From: Trichoplax adhaerens
Taxonomy: Eukaryota > Animalia > Placozoa
DNA length: 64,000 nt
Assembly: GCF_000150275.1 (NCBI RefSeq)
Contig: NW_002060959.1
Span: 184,371 to 248,370, forward strand
Direction: 5' to 3'
The notes under the pieces were generated by a model. The model ran no database searches and was not told where the DNA came from. It saw nothing but the letters and a program-made list of their open reading frames with translations. Positions 1 through 11,642 of the stretch are shown in pieces. Numbering within the stretch: position 1 is the first letter of the stretch; each line of letters starts with the position of its first letter. The position numbers and the translations under genes are program-made.

Positions 1-1034
1 TATAATTACCAAAGAAGTAGCAGCCTTACAGCAAAATTACTTCATTAACTACCTTATGGGCGTCACCAAATGTGATGGGATGTACGCAATCTTACTCATT
101 CGAATGAATTTTAATGCTATGTTTGGATAGGGAAGTTTGACAAAAGAAATTATCGAGAGACTTTGGTACCAAAGCTGCTTGTATCAGTGTGTTTTATACT
201 GTTTCTGCTACATGATTAATGTTATCTATCAATAATTATACAATTGGTCAAATTAGGCGTAGCCATACTAGTACATTATTCAAATTCTGAATTAATCGTA
301 CAAAAAACGAAGACAGTTTTCGAAGAATCTAACAATAAATCGAAGGCATTGGCTTTTATATTTATGGCACCCATTCTACTTAAAATGATACTATCATCGT
401 AAGGAAGCCTTTCAACTTCGATTCTATTCCATAGAATTATCAAGTTCATTAGCATTTCAACAATACAAAAAGCTGGTTAGCGGTCTTAAACAATACTATT
501 AGCATATGCGTGGACTACGTAAGAACGACGTTTTTGATCCTTATTAAGAAGGCTTTATGTGATTGTTATTTATCTTATTTTATTATGGAAAGATAGTAGA
601 AACACAATTAATTGCAACTATGATTCAACAAATCCCATGAAAGACATACATTATCGAAAAGTACAACGAATTAATGCCGGAATCCAATGAATCTAATAGA
701 AGATATACATCACATAATGGTTAACAGTGTGATCATTCATTTAGTGGCCTGAGAGAAAATAATCTCATTATTGCTGTTTTCTGGTCCCAAGAGAAATATT
801 TTATCTTGTTCTACTATCATTATACTAAAAGTCTAACGATTTGGCCGACAATTTATTCTTGTCATTAATTACAGGTGGAAATAGTGGAATTTTAAACTGC
901 ACGTTTTAGGACATAACATTTCCGTTGTCAAGATCGTCAACAGAGGAAAAATATCATTTAATGTTTTCTGAAGGAGAGGTTTAAAATCGTTTTAAAATTC
1001 GCCATAAATTAGAGCTGGACACCAGTATGTGGAG

Positions 1035-2639
1035 ATGGAGTCGAAACTAATAGACGATAACTTAACAGAATATTTTCCTGAAGACATTGACTATGACGAA
1101 ACCACTTTACTTAATCGTAAAGAGCCAGAGCAGAAATCTCTTTCACCGCCATTGAATTTGGATGAATTTATTGATGAAATAGAGTTTGGATTGTTCCATT
1201 TTATTATTGTTGTTGCTAGTGGACTATGTTATTCCACGGTTAGTTTATTGACTCAAGCGGCGGGTTTAGTTATCATCGCTGCCTGCGATTTAGATACTGA
1301 TAACCATAATCAAATTTGGTGGGTCTTAAGTAATATTATTGGTACTTTAATTGGCAGTGCTATATTAGGACGATTAAGTGATGCCATAGGAAGGAGAAAA
1401 ATTCTTTTATTATCCACGTGCTTAAATTTAATTGTAACTATATTATCAGCATTCGCCTACAACTACATCTTAGTGCTTATATTTGCCATTTTTAATGGAA
1501 TTGGCTTTGGCGGTATATTTACTTCTGTTCACGCATATTGCTTAGAGTTTTTCCCACGTAAATATAGAGGCAAAGCCATTGGATGCCTAACTGCTTGTAT
1601 AATATTTGGTAGTGTCTACAGCAGTGGGATGGGCTATATCATATTGCCTCATCGATTTCACGCTCCGTTAGGAAAAATTTATTTCTCCAGCTGGCGTCTC
1701 TATCTACTGGTTTGCACATTGCCCATAATAATTAGTTTTTTACTCCTTCTTTGGGCTCCAGATAGCCTTCGATTTAGGATTAAAAGAGGAGAAATGGAAA
1801 AAGTGATACGAATTATTAATAAAATATATCGTACTAATTCTTATTGCCATCGCGATGGCCACCTGTATCGTCTGGTTACGCCTCCAGATTTAAATAAATC
1901 TCAGAGAAAAGACAATCATGATGATAAAAATATCCAATTAGCAAATGAATATAGCTTTAAATGTCATTTTTCACAAATAATCCAACGACAAACACTTTTA
2001 AAAATTATTGCTTTATCGGTTACTTGGTTTGGATATTGCTTCTGCTTTTATGGTCTATGGACAATGTTACCACTATTAATTTCATTTTATCTTAATGGTA
2101 ACACATGTTCCGGTCATTATCATAACTTTACCACGTTATTTAATAATCAGGAAAATCCGGGCCATTCGGTCTGTCTTAATAGTCAAAATCGTGCAACTTT
2201 GCTGATTTATGTTCTATTTGGAAACTTACTTTCGATACCTGTTGCTTTGATATGCGTTTTGTCAATTAATTTTATTGGTCGTAAGTGGTTATTTTCCTTT
2301 CTAGCTTTTCTTAGTAGCATTATTATATTGCTAATTTGGCTGATTGATACAGCATTGAGTACGCTGATTTTAGCTTGTTTCTTCGCTGGAGTTTTAATTA
2401 ATGGATGGATTCCACTGAAGCTCTTAAGCTCAGAATCATTCCCAACGGAATTTAGATCAACTACTTTAGGTATATTCACAATATTTGGAGGCATCGGATC
2501 GCTATGTGGAATATTTTCATTTTCATCGTTATTTAAAACCAATTGTAGCGCATCTTTCATATTATTAATAGTTAACTGCTTAGTATCAGGGCTAATGCCT
2601 ATAATATTTCGTGATACGACAGATCTTGCTATTAATTAA
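1035..2639 (+). CDS. MFS transporter, SV2/SVOP-like, single coding exon
   Basis: About 12 hydrophobic segments. Contains MFS motif A (LGRLSDAIGRRKILL), LEFFPRKYRG, SWRLYLL, PDSLRF (PESPRF-like) and ESFPTEFRSTTLG; the N-terminal IDEIEFGLFH resembles SV2/SVOP. The ORF-track start at 1029 is GTG; the first in-frame ATG is 1035. Confidence 0.9.
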   Translation: MESKLIDDNLTEYFPEDIDYDETTLLNRKEPEQKSLSPPLNLDEFIDEIEFGLFHFIIVVASGLCYSTVSLLTQAAGLVIIAACDLDTDNHNQIWWVLSNIIGTLIGSAILGRLSDAIGRRKILLLSTCLNLIVTILSAFAYNYILVLIFAIFNGIGFGGIFTSVHAYCLEFFPRKYRGKAIGCLTACIIFGSVYSSGMGYIILPHRFHAPLGKIYFSSWRLYLLVCTLPIIISFLLLLWAPDSLRFRIKRGEMEKVIRIINKIYRTNSYCHRDGHLYRLVTPPDLNKSQRKDNHDDKNIQLANEYSFKCHFSQIIQRQTLLKIIALSVTWFGYCFCFYGLWTMLPLLISFYLNGNTCSGHYHNFTTLFNNQENPGHSVCLNSQNRATLLIYVLFGNLLSIPVALICVLSINFIGRKWLFSFLAFLSSIIILLIWLIDTALSTLILACFFAGVLINGWIPLKLLSSESFPTEFRSTTLGIFTIFGGIGSLCGIFSFSSLFKTNCSASFILLIVNCLVSGLMPIIFRDTTDLAIN

Positions 2640-4332
2640 CCAGTTATCATAAATATGAAACAGGATTTATTTATTCAATTATATCGGTACTTGATTATAA
2701 TTATAAGCTATCACAGCGAAGGTAAAACTTCTATATCGTCATACCAACGTCGTTATTGTCAAATTTTATTTTCCAACCTTCTTTTCTGATATAGATTTAC
2801 CGTTATACTGTATAATGCGACATCTTCACAAGAAAATACTATAACTCGATGTGCTAGGTATTTATTACTGAATACTGTAACTATGGATTTAATCAAAAAC
2901 AGAGACAAGCCGTATAGATAGAGAATTTCGAATGCCACATATTGAATTAATTTACAAAGTCATTTAATAGAGACTGGTCAAGATGGGTTCATATCCTAAT
3001 GAATTTAAAGTAAATATGAATGTTTTAGAGTTTTAAAATTTTTGCAAGAGATCTTTATTTCTTAGAGATTTAAGCATAGACAATTAGATACCAAGTGAAA
3101 TGCAAATTTTTAATACTATAAAGATCTCCTATCAAAAATCGCTGTATCTTATTATAAGTCTTCTAAGTTTTCGTAAAGCAATAATACATGCGATACGAAA
3201 ACCGAAAGTGATCTTGCTATAGTTGTAAGGAGGTATAGACTTACTATATCAGTTATATGAGTCAATGACTATCGTAGCATAATTTTTCGTTGAGGCTAAT
3301 TTGAATTATGATGCTGATATTACAACTGATGTTTATGGGTATAGCTGAAAAAATTTGCTTGAAAAAATAAAATAAAGCATGTTTAGAAAACCCCTTATTA
3401 AGAAGTATAGTTATTTAAATCTACAAATAAAATTATAGCTAGGCACACTGTAATAGTAGAACGAAAGCGGTGATATCAACATGGTACATATATTCTGAAA
3501 TCATGGTTGTTGAATTATTTTGAATTTACAAACATACGGGATACTATACGACTCTTTAAAGCAGATTAGTTAGCAAGAAAATTAGGCAAAAATTTATCAT
3601 GTAATTTTAGGAAAAATGTAATACGGATTCGAATTTGAGGTAATCTCTATACAAATACCTTAATTTCTCATATATATTATATACTGCCTAAGTTGCACAA
3701 ATAACTAAATGAATCTTTAAAGTCATACTGCAACATAAACAGAAGGATGCTGGTACTTATTTATGGATGATATTTCACAAAGTAGTTGGTCTTGCTTTTT
3801 ATGCAATAAATTTAGTTTCAGAAGTTAAGGTTGTGCCTATCCATCACAAATAGAGTTAGTAGTAGCTTCGGTTGTGTGTTTGTCTGGAGATGTTCTGAAA
3901 GATCTGAGTCACATTTGAATAAATATGATAAACATTAGTAAATTAAATTTAATGAAGCTCAAAGGTTATAGTGACACTACTTATATCTTGAACATGCCGG
4001 ATTATACTTAGCTGTAAATCAAAAACAATATAAGGCCGATTTACGTATGAGCTCATGGCTAGTAATAGTAATTTGATAACTGTGAATCAATAAATGTTAA
4101 TGCACAAAAAGAGGAACACTAGTTGTCGAATGATATAATAGTGTTCCTATGTGCGATGTAGTGTACCGTATTCTTGCCCTCTTCTTATATCAATGTACGC
4201 TTCTGCAATTGTATAATCTCTACTTAACGATGTAATGACTATTCTAAGACTATCGTAGTCTACATAAAATTTTTGCTTAATTTTGACGACGAATCCGCAT
4301 TTGCGTAGAAATTAATATGGTTATTACTTTCT

Positions 4333-4560
4333 GTAGTGCTTAGGTTTTGCAACCCTATAGTTAAAAAGCCGAATGGGAAAAATTTCGATCGTGTATCGAC
4401 TTTCGTAAGCTCGACGTATGTACGCTAGTAAATACTTTTCCATTGCCACTGATTGATGATCTGTTGGATACCATAGGAAATGCGAGGTACATAACCACGC
4501 TAGATTTGTCCGAGAACTTACAATTAAAGTCGGCTCATTCAGACTCGTATACGATGTCAA
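4333..4560 (+). mobile_element. Degenerate Ty3/Gypsy LTR-retrotransposon reverse transcriptase fragment
   Basis: Manual translation gives SA*..VKKPNGK (VKK at 4360), a frameshift in the A-run near 4381, then FRSCIDFRKLDVCTLVNTFPLPLIDDLLDTIGNARYITTLDLS. This matches the Gypsy RT signature VKKxDGxxRxCxDYRxLN...PLPxIDxLLDxLxxAxxFSxLDL. Confidence 0.85.
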
Positions 4561-7500
4561 TGTCTGGCAATAAAAAGTACAAAAAATAAACTTCATCCCA
4601 AAATGTGAATATTAGTATTATTTTAGAAAGTAATCAAGTCTGACTTGATAATCTATGACTTACATAGACTGAATTGAACAAGGAATCTACCATGGTCTAG
4701 TAACTAATTCTTTCTAAGGATTAATCGATGAAAATTGTGATCTCAATCTTTTATTGCAGTATACTACTATGGATAAAATGTACCGTAACATACAGCTTCA
4801 AGATCTTCGCCAAGATATTTTGAAGTAATCATATTAGTTATCAGTTAGTTACTGATTAGTTACTGATAGTTTCCGTTCATCAAACGATTTTCAGTAGTGA
4901 ACTACTGCCTCTTTGCCAGGATGTACCTAGCGATAACAGCCATAAGAGCTAAGGACTAATTTGGTTATTTCTATGGTAGCCGGTATTTATCGTTCATTAG
5001 TGGTCTCAATACGATGTTTACAGATTACCGCAATAGGCAATAATTGACTAGCTTAACCACCCTTACAAAATAGCATGTAGCAAGTCGGAATGATTAAGTG
5101 GAAAGCTCTTGAAAACGTTTCTTAATAGATAATAAATTTAATTACCGAACTGAGTTTTAATGATCAACAAATTTCAGAATTACTATTTACTGCAATAGCC
5201 TTAGAACTCTTATTATCTATAATATTTATTTAATCTTGAAGATCATTGCTTCTTGCTATTTGCAGGGCTCACTATTTAACCGCTCTGCTGAAGGTATTAA
5301 AGCTACAGTTATTTGATCGTCAACATGATCGACGGACATTTGACTATAGTTAAATCTAGAAATGTTTTTTATGTATACTTTAGATTTGTGAACCAAGAAT
5401 TAACTATAAACCTTCTTCGAGGCAAACGATCCTAAAACTCTCTAAAAGTCACTTGATACTGCACTTACATACTCATTCTTAGATATAGCAGTACACATAT
5501 CAGTACTAATTATAAACACGATAACCTAAACATCCCAAATTACAATATTTATTCCTTTTTAATAAAAAAAAAAACTTGTAATTCTTCATTGCAATATACG
5601 CTCATTGCCGATTGATGCTAGTATCTGAGTGTACTTTGACAATCAAAATAATGTTTATAGTAACTTGCACTGTAGCGATCATGAAGTAGTTGTATTACTT
5701 AATCGTACTAAAAGTCAGAAATTAAAGATTGCTCTAGAATATAACGACTACAGCTTGCGTAATATCCCAATTACCATATTCAAACAATTTTAACTACAGT
5801 TACTCTAACGCTAAGATATATAGTGATATAGCGCAATCATAAGCCTTATCAAAATCTGGATGGCTATATAAATATCACGCACTGATATATAGTTCTATAA
5901 GCAAATTTTATTTTCGAATAATATGTTTATTTCTCTTCAAGCTTGCTTTCTATTCTAAGGAAGGAAGGAAATGAGCCGTTCGCATATAAGTCAATTATAA
6001 TTATTACATTCGTCTACATTCTACAGTACATTCAATGCTATTGTACAATGTACATTACACGTTAGTCCAATTTTACATAAAAATTGGTAAGCATCAAAAT
6101 TGTAATAGCTACAGATATCATTCATATTTTATGTTACAAACTTACATTTATCACACTTTCGTAAGCATAGTATAGTTTGTAATACTGCTTGAATTAAGTA
6201 ATAAATTTTGTATAGCGAGTAAAATAACGTACAGTTTATTAGAATATTGCAACGTAACAAAGAAAAAGCAGATTTAATAGATAATATGAATCTGCTAGCT
6301 TGAGTCAGTATATGTAAACATATGGTAAGTCTCATATAAGTACAAGATGAAGGCAGAAATGTAAGAGAAGGATTGACATAAAATTATACCGCTCATAGGA
6401 AGGACTCAGAAAAAAACTACAAACTATTCACTTAACAACAAAAATCCGTTAAAATTGCAGCAAATGAAGCTTGCTTATCAGTAAGTTACATGTGAGAATG
6501 TGTATTTTAGGCAAATATAAAACGCGTGTAATTGTGTTGCTGCAGGCATGATAACTATGTTATGGCGTGTGATAGTACATAAACGTAATAGATGCATTAA
6601 GCATATTAATAACTCTAAATATATAATAATTACCTACTGTACTATCATCGTATTTAATAACAATTCTTCTGCCTAAAAATTTATTTATCATAGCTGTATA
6701 GAGCGTGGTAGTATTAGTGTTACGGTAACAAGGCACCGTAATGTAATGAAGTTAAATTACATCTAGAATGTTCCATTAATAAATGTCACAAGTTTAGAAT
6801 GTAACACGAGATCTTATTCTAGAGCACTAGTTAACGTATAAGCTGGATTTACTTTCATCTTCAACGTCCATATCTTATCGTAGCATCTTTTCCAGTCTAT
6901 TATATACAATAAGTTCCTATTAAGTTTCAATCCTGATAAAAAAGTTATGAGATGAAAATGTGATTGTTTTAGACCAATAGGACCTTGATAGAAATATTAA
7001 TTACTAATTTATAAATGAAAAGAAAGGATAGCTCAAAAAGGCTTCATGCTTTAAATATTAAAATCTATTGTAGGAAGTAAAATTAAATCTCACTCGTGAT
7101 ACTTCGTATATCTAAAATACTCATGCTGGATATATGTAATATTTAAAGCTGCTTTAGAACATTCTACTAAATTTTACACTCAATCTTCTTGCAAGATCTT
7201 CATACTTTGGCAAATTACGAGGTTTTATTCATATATTTTATTTACTAACACAGGCATTTTTTGTTCTGTTTATACTGCTTTTATTTTGTGTACAAACAAG
7301 ACTTTAGAACAATCTAACATAGAATAAAATTTTAAGTAATATAGCATGATCCGTTCCCCTTAAATTTCATTTCATACAACATTGGTCGCGATTAACAGCT
7401 ACATTAACGACCAAATATATCTAATAAGAAAGTGTTCCTAAAACATTTAATAGTAATTAGCGAAAGTGCTAGAGTACTATCTTTTATAATGTTGTAACGC

Positions 7501-7764
7501 TAATTTTATATTGAAGCTGCTTTAGTCAGCGTATCACTGAAATTTCAGTTATGACCGTTGGTGTAGCTTCGAACTAATAACCTAACTTAATGCTATATAA
7601 ATTATTTGAATGTCAAGTAGCGGAGCTTGAATACGCGTAAGAATATTCTTGCTAAAATCACGCGACATCTCTCACAGCACTTGATTAATATTGCTGTATA
7701 ATGGGACGTAACCGTAACTGCACATTTGGAAATTGAGTCGGAGTACCTCAAAGTCAGAGCCCAT

Positions 7765-7813
7765 CGTAGGTTATAATACTATATAACGTAGGTTATAACA
7801 CTATATAACCTAC
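7765..7813. repeat. 22-bp tandem duplication with an internal inverted repeat
   Basis: cgtaggttataatactatataa and cgtaggttataacactatataa differ at 1 position and are followed by cctac; gtaggttata...tataacctac forms a 10-bp stem. Confidence 0.8.
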
Positions 7814-8643
7814 CTTCAGATACAGTTTTAGTATTGTCTATTCATGAGTTAATTTGTATGGATTTGCAATGGAATATTTCAGTGAATAATAACATTGCAT
7901 TCATTTGTAACTAGCTTTAACTTTTTAGTTCCATACTTACTGTACATACGTATATGAATTTTAAAATTTGTATATTCTTGAAATGCACCATTAATGCCCG
8001 GAAAGGATACATGAGATCGAGCACATCACCATTTGCTTGTTTCTTATACGACTAGTTTTGGGACCGTTCACGAAGTTAAATTTGTGATCAGAAATCAATC
8101 AAATATTTGAAATACTCTTTGTTAACCAATCTGCAGCTGATGCACTTTTCTTAGTTTGTTAACATCCGATATCGTAGAGTAAGCTATTCTCAATTTACAA
8201 ATGAATGTAATCGCAGTAAAATTGATAGTGTAGCTACTATTGTCTCTAATTATTACTATAGCTGATATATTTAACAAGTTGTCACAACTCTTTCTTGCGA
8301 CAAAGGAAACGTAAACTAACGAAGTAAAGCATCTCTCGTGTAACTTTAATAACTCGATTTACTTCTTCCAGTATCTCCAGTTTCTATGATAGTGATATAG
8401 AACAACTTGATTTCTCAGTTGAACTCCACATATAACAGAATATATTACACCATTCTTCACTGTACGAGTCTTGCGCTATTCTTGAGTTAACTACTGATTT
8501 ACTCCTAAAAATACACACGCTTAAATCGATTTTTATAATGAATTTTCAGTGTTAATTAGTGAGAATTAAGTTAGCGTTATCACTATAATACATTACTAAA
8601 TATGTAAATAAATATTCTCATCATTAGATAGCTACAAGCTATC

Positions 8644-8780
8644 ACACACAACATATAGCCTTATTTGATTATTGACTAATTAACGGTTACTTATTTGATA
8701 ACGGTGTAGTATGACACACACACGACCTATAGCCTTATTTAGCTATTCATTAGCAGTTGCTTATTTGGTACAGTTCTAGT
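8644..8780. repeat. Imperfect ~70-bp tandem duplication
   Basis: Two units with a shared skeleton: acacacaacatatagccttattt...gttacttatttgata..tagt and acacacgacctatagccttattt...gttgcttatttggta..tagt. Confidence 0.65.
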
Positions 8781-11642
8781 TAATTGCCTAATTACAGAAA
8801 CTTCTTGGTATAGTTTCATCTGTTTCATTTAACAGTAACTAATATTTGTCGTACAAAGTCATAAGAAACCTTCTGTGCACATGTTTTTGATCATGTAATA
8901 GCGTTAAGATGTAGCAAACTACATCCATTCTTTGCTATGCGATTTGCTACTTGTATTGAATTAAAGATACTTATAATATGTTATATGATTTTTAGAACTA
9001 TCCAAAAATTCACGCCTGATTTAAAATACAATTTTTTTAATTCTTAAACGAATGCATACGATTTCTTAAATTCTAAAACGAATAAATAAATACGTTATTA
9101 AATCGTTTTACAGACTAAAAGTTTTTTAAGATATAATTGTATAAATCAATGAATATCTAGTAGTCTCGTCTGTTAAAAGTACATTTATGCTTTACAAAAT
9201 ATAAATATAATATTGTGGATTACGACTAGTGTGATGAAAGAGTGTAATTATACTAACTTATTCACATTATGTGTATAAATGAATGTAACTGACAGCCATA
9301 TATGGTTCCGTTTTCGAATATTGTACTAATGTAATTTTTACTCTTGAGTAGAGTATTGTGCAGGATTTTTTGATTGTCTTCTTTGTTAGTTGTAGAGAAT
9401 TGTTGTTCTAGAGTGCAAGTCTATTATCCAGTTTATCTTAGCCTATTTCAACTATTCTTGCACGGAGAAGATAAATAGGATTCTTCTCCGACAGAAAAAC
9501 TGATATTAATTGTTACTTCTAAGATTTAGGGCCATGTCAACCATTGTTAGATTCATGGGAGATTTGCTCTACCGCATTTTAAAAACCTATTCATTGCCTG
9601 TTGAATTCTATTTCGTTCTTTCGTTTTGTCAGATTAATTTTTCTATAACTATATCATTTTCTTTTCGGTAAGAACACTGATGCACATTGAGGATATAACA
9701 TTTGGTTTAATGCATTGACGATTTTGTATTACTTTGTTTGTTTCTAAGGCACAGGCAAATTGATTTACGGTCTTAACGAGCATTTTGATGTTGCGCTATG
9801 AAAGCGAATAGTAGTACTGATCGTTTTAACAACTAGTTAGGGATCATAAAGATTCTTGATTAATCTAGACGGTTGTCATATAGCACTAAAATTGATAAGA
9901 ATTACAGTTTAGTATGTAAGATTACGTGCAAACCACCATTCGTAACAGCTACTTATTGGTAGAAGGCCTAATTTATATTTTAAAGTATTCTTTAACAAGG
10001 CATCAAGAATTACTTATCTTTGAAACACTCAATCAAAAACGGTTTGATAAAAGATGTTGTCATCAAACCATTTAATTTTGAGCATATTTTCTATAGCCAT
10101 TTATAACGTATATTGTAAAGTTTTAGCTACGAACTCTGAAAGGTCAAAATTTTTTCATATACGGATTTGTTTGAGCTACAAGCAAATATCTTTATATTAT
10201 ATTCGTGCCCGATACGAGACTCTAAGGTTATACTGAATCTACGTTACGACTGCATAGGATTAGGATATTCACTTTGCTTCCAAAAGTTTTACCTAATGTC
10301 TTATGGGAGAACTGATGTGTAAGTTTTCTATAAGTATGATAAAAAGGCCTCTTAATTTCTTTAGTTATCTCATATCGGTATCTCTATAATGTCTAAATAA
10401 GTAGTAGAGTCTATTATACTCTTCCACCCGTATAGAAATAGGATATTAACGATTCCAATCCTTCGACTTCAAGCTTGTGGGTATTACTTAACTACTCCCT
10501 GATATCGATATTTGTTAATCAAAAATTTTTCGTCATCGCTTAAGCGCTATCCTTTAACGTTATATTAATTATTCATCAGCGAACATAATGCAAAATCTTT
10601 TCTATTAATATTCTACCATATTTACTATGGTATATGATATACAGTGCGTATATATTACTGCATTTTTAGACAATCAAAGACAAAACCTTCTAAGTTAACT
10701 TTTGGGCAAGATAAATTTATTATTGTCATTATTGTTTGCTAGGCGAAAAAAATGAATCACCAAAGGAATAACGATTGCGTACGCGATTACTTTTCATATG
10801 GTCAGAAACTGAATGATAAATGTAGTCATGCATGTATGTTTGTATAACTACGTAAACCTTCAGTAATTTAGAGCATAGCGATTGTTACTATTAGGCTCAC
10901 CGCTTATTAATCTTAGCAATTAAAATTAATGCCCATACCGGACAACAAAGGAAGCTACTAAAGTAACCATTACATATTGCGATTGTAACATAGCAGATTT
11001 ATAAAGCAAACCAGCATATTCTGGTGCTAAGATAGTAGTATGATATTGCATTTAAAGTATTATTAACTTTCATAAATTATCGATATATTAAAACGAATGG
11101 CCGAGGATCTAATCCAAGGGCAATTCGAATATATTTAATGAACGGATATGGCATCGAATTGGCACCTTTATGTAATTAAATTATCCTCATAATTGAGATT
11201 AGAAGAAATGCCAAGCAAACTAATTGTGCAACAATTAAATCTTTTACATAAATAAATAAAGTGAGCGTTAGTAAAGATGATAACAGTCAAGAATTCTAAA
11301 ACGCAATATTAGACATACTAGGCCATAGCCTAAACAGTTTACATAGACATATTCTTTAAAGGCATTAAAAATTGAAGTAATAACTATTCATCATTACTGA
11401 AGTAAAAATCGTTGTTACGAAAGAAATTTCGATTTTAGCATTGGTATGCGATCGAAAGTTAATGCATTATTGAAAAATAAACGTTAACATTCTTTTAACG
11501 AATAATGTCCTGGACAACATTTCAGGTAAAGCAAATAAGCTAAAGCTTATACTTCTTCCAGAGTTGGGGATCGATTATGGCACTTTGTATGATATTTTTT
11601 AGCTGCAATAAATCTGTAGCTTCAAATCCATCAATTTTGCCT

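Noticed and set aside
2207-2560. 117-aa minus-strand ORF
   Set aside because: Antisense shadow of the MFS transporter; no motifs.
3620-3645. ggattcgaa, B-box-like on the minus strand (tRNA or SINE?)
   Set aside because: No A box, acceptor stem or cloverleaf around it.
4324-4596. 90-aa minus-strand ORF
   Set aside because: Antisense to the Gypsy RT fragment; the signal is on the plus strand.
9463-9490. 9-bp hairpin, and similar 7-8-bp stems at ~4634, ~6720, ~24374 and ~38875
   Set aside because: Stems this short are expected by chance in 64 kb; prokaryotic-style terminators do not apply to this eukaryotic sequence.
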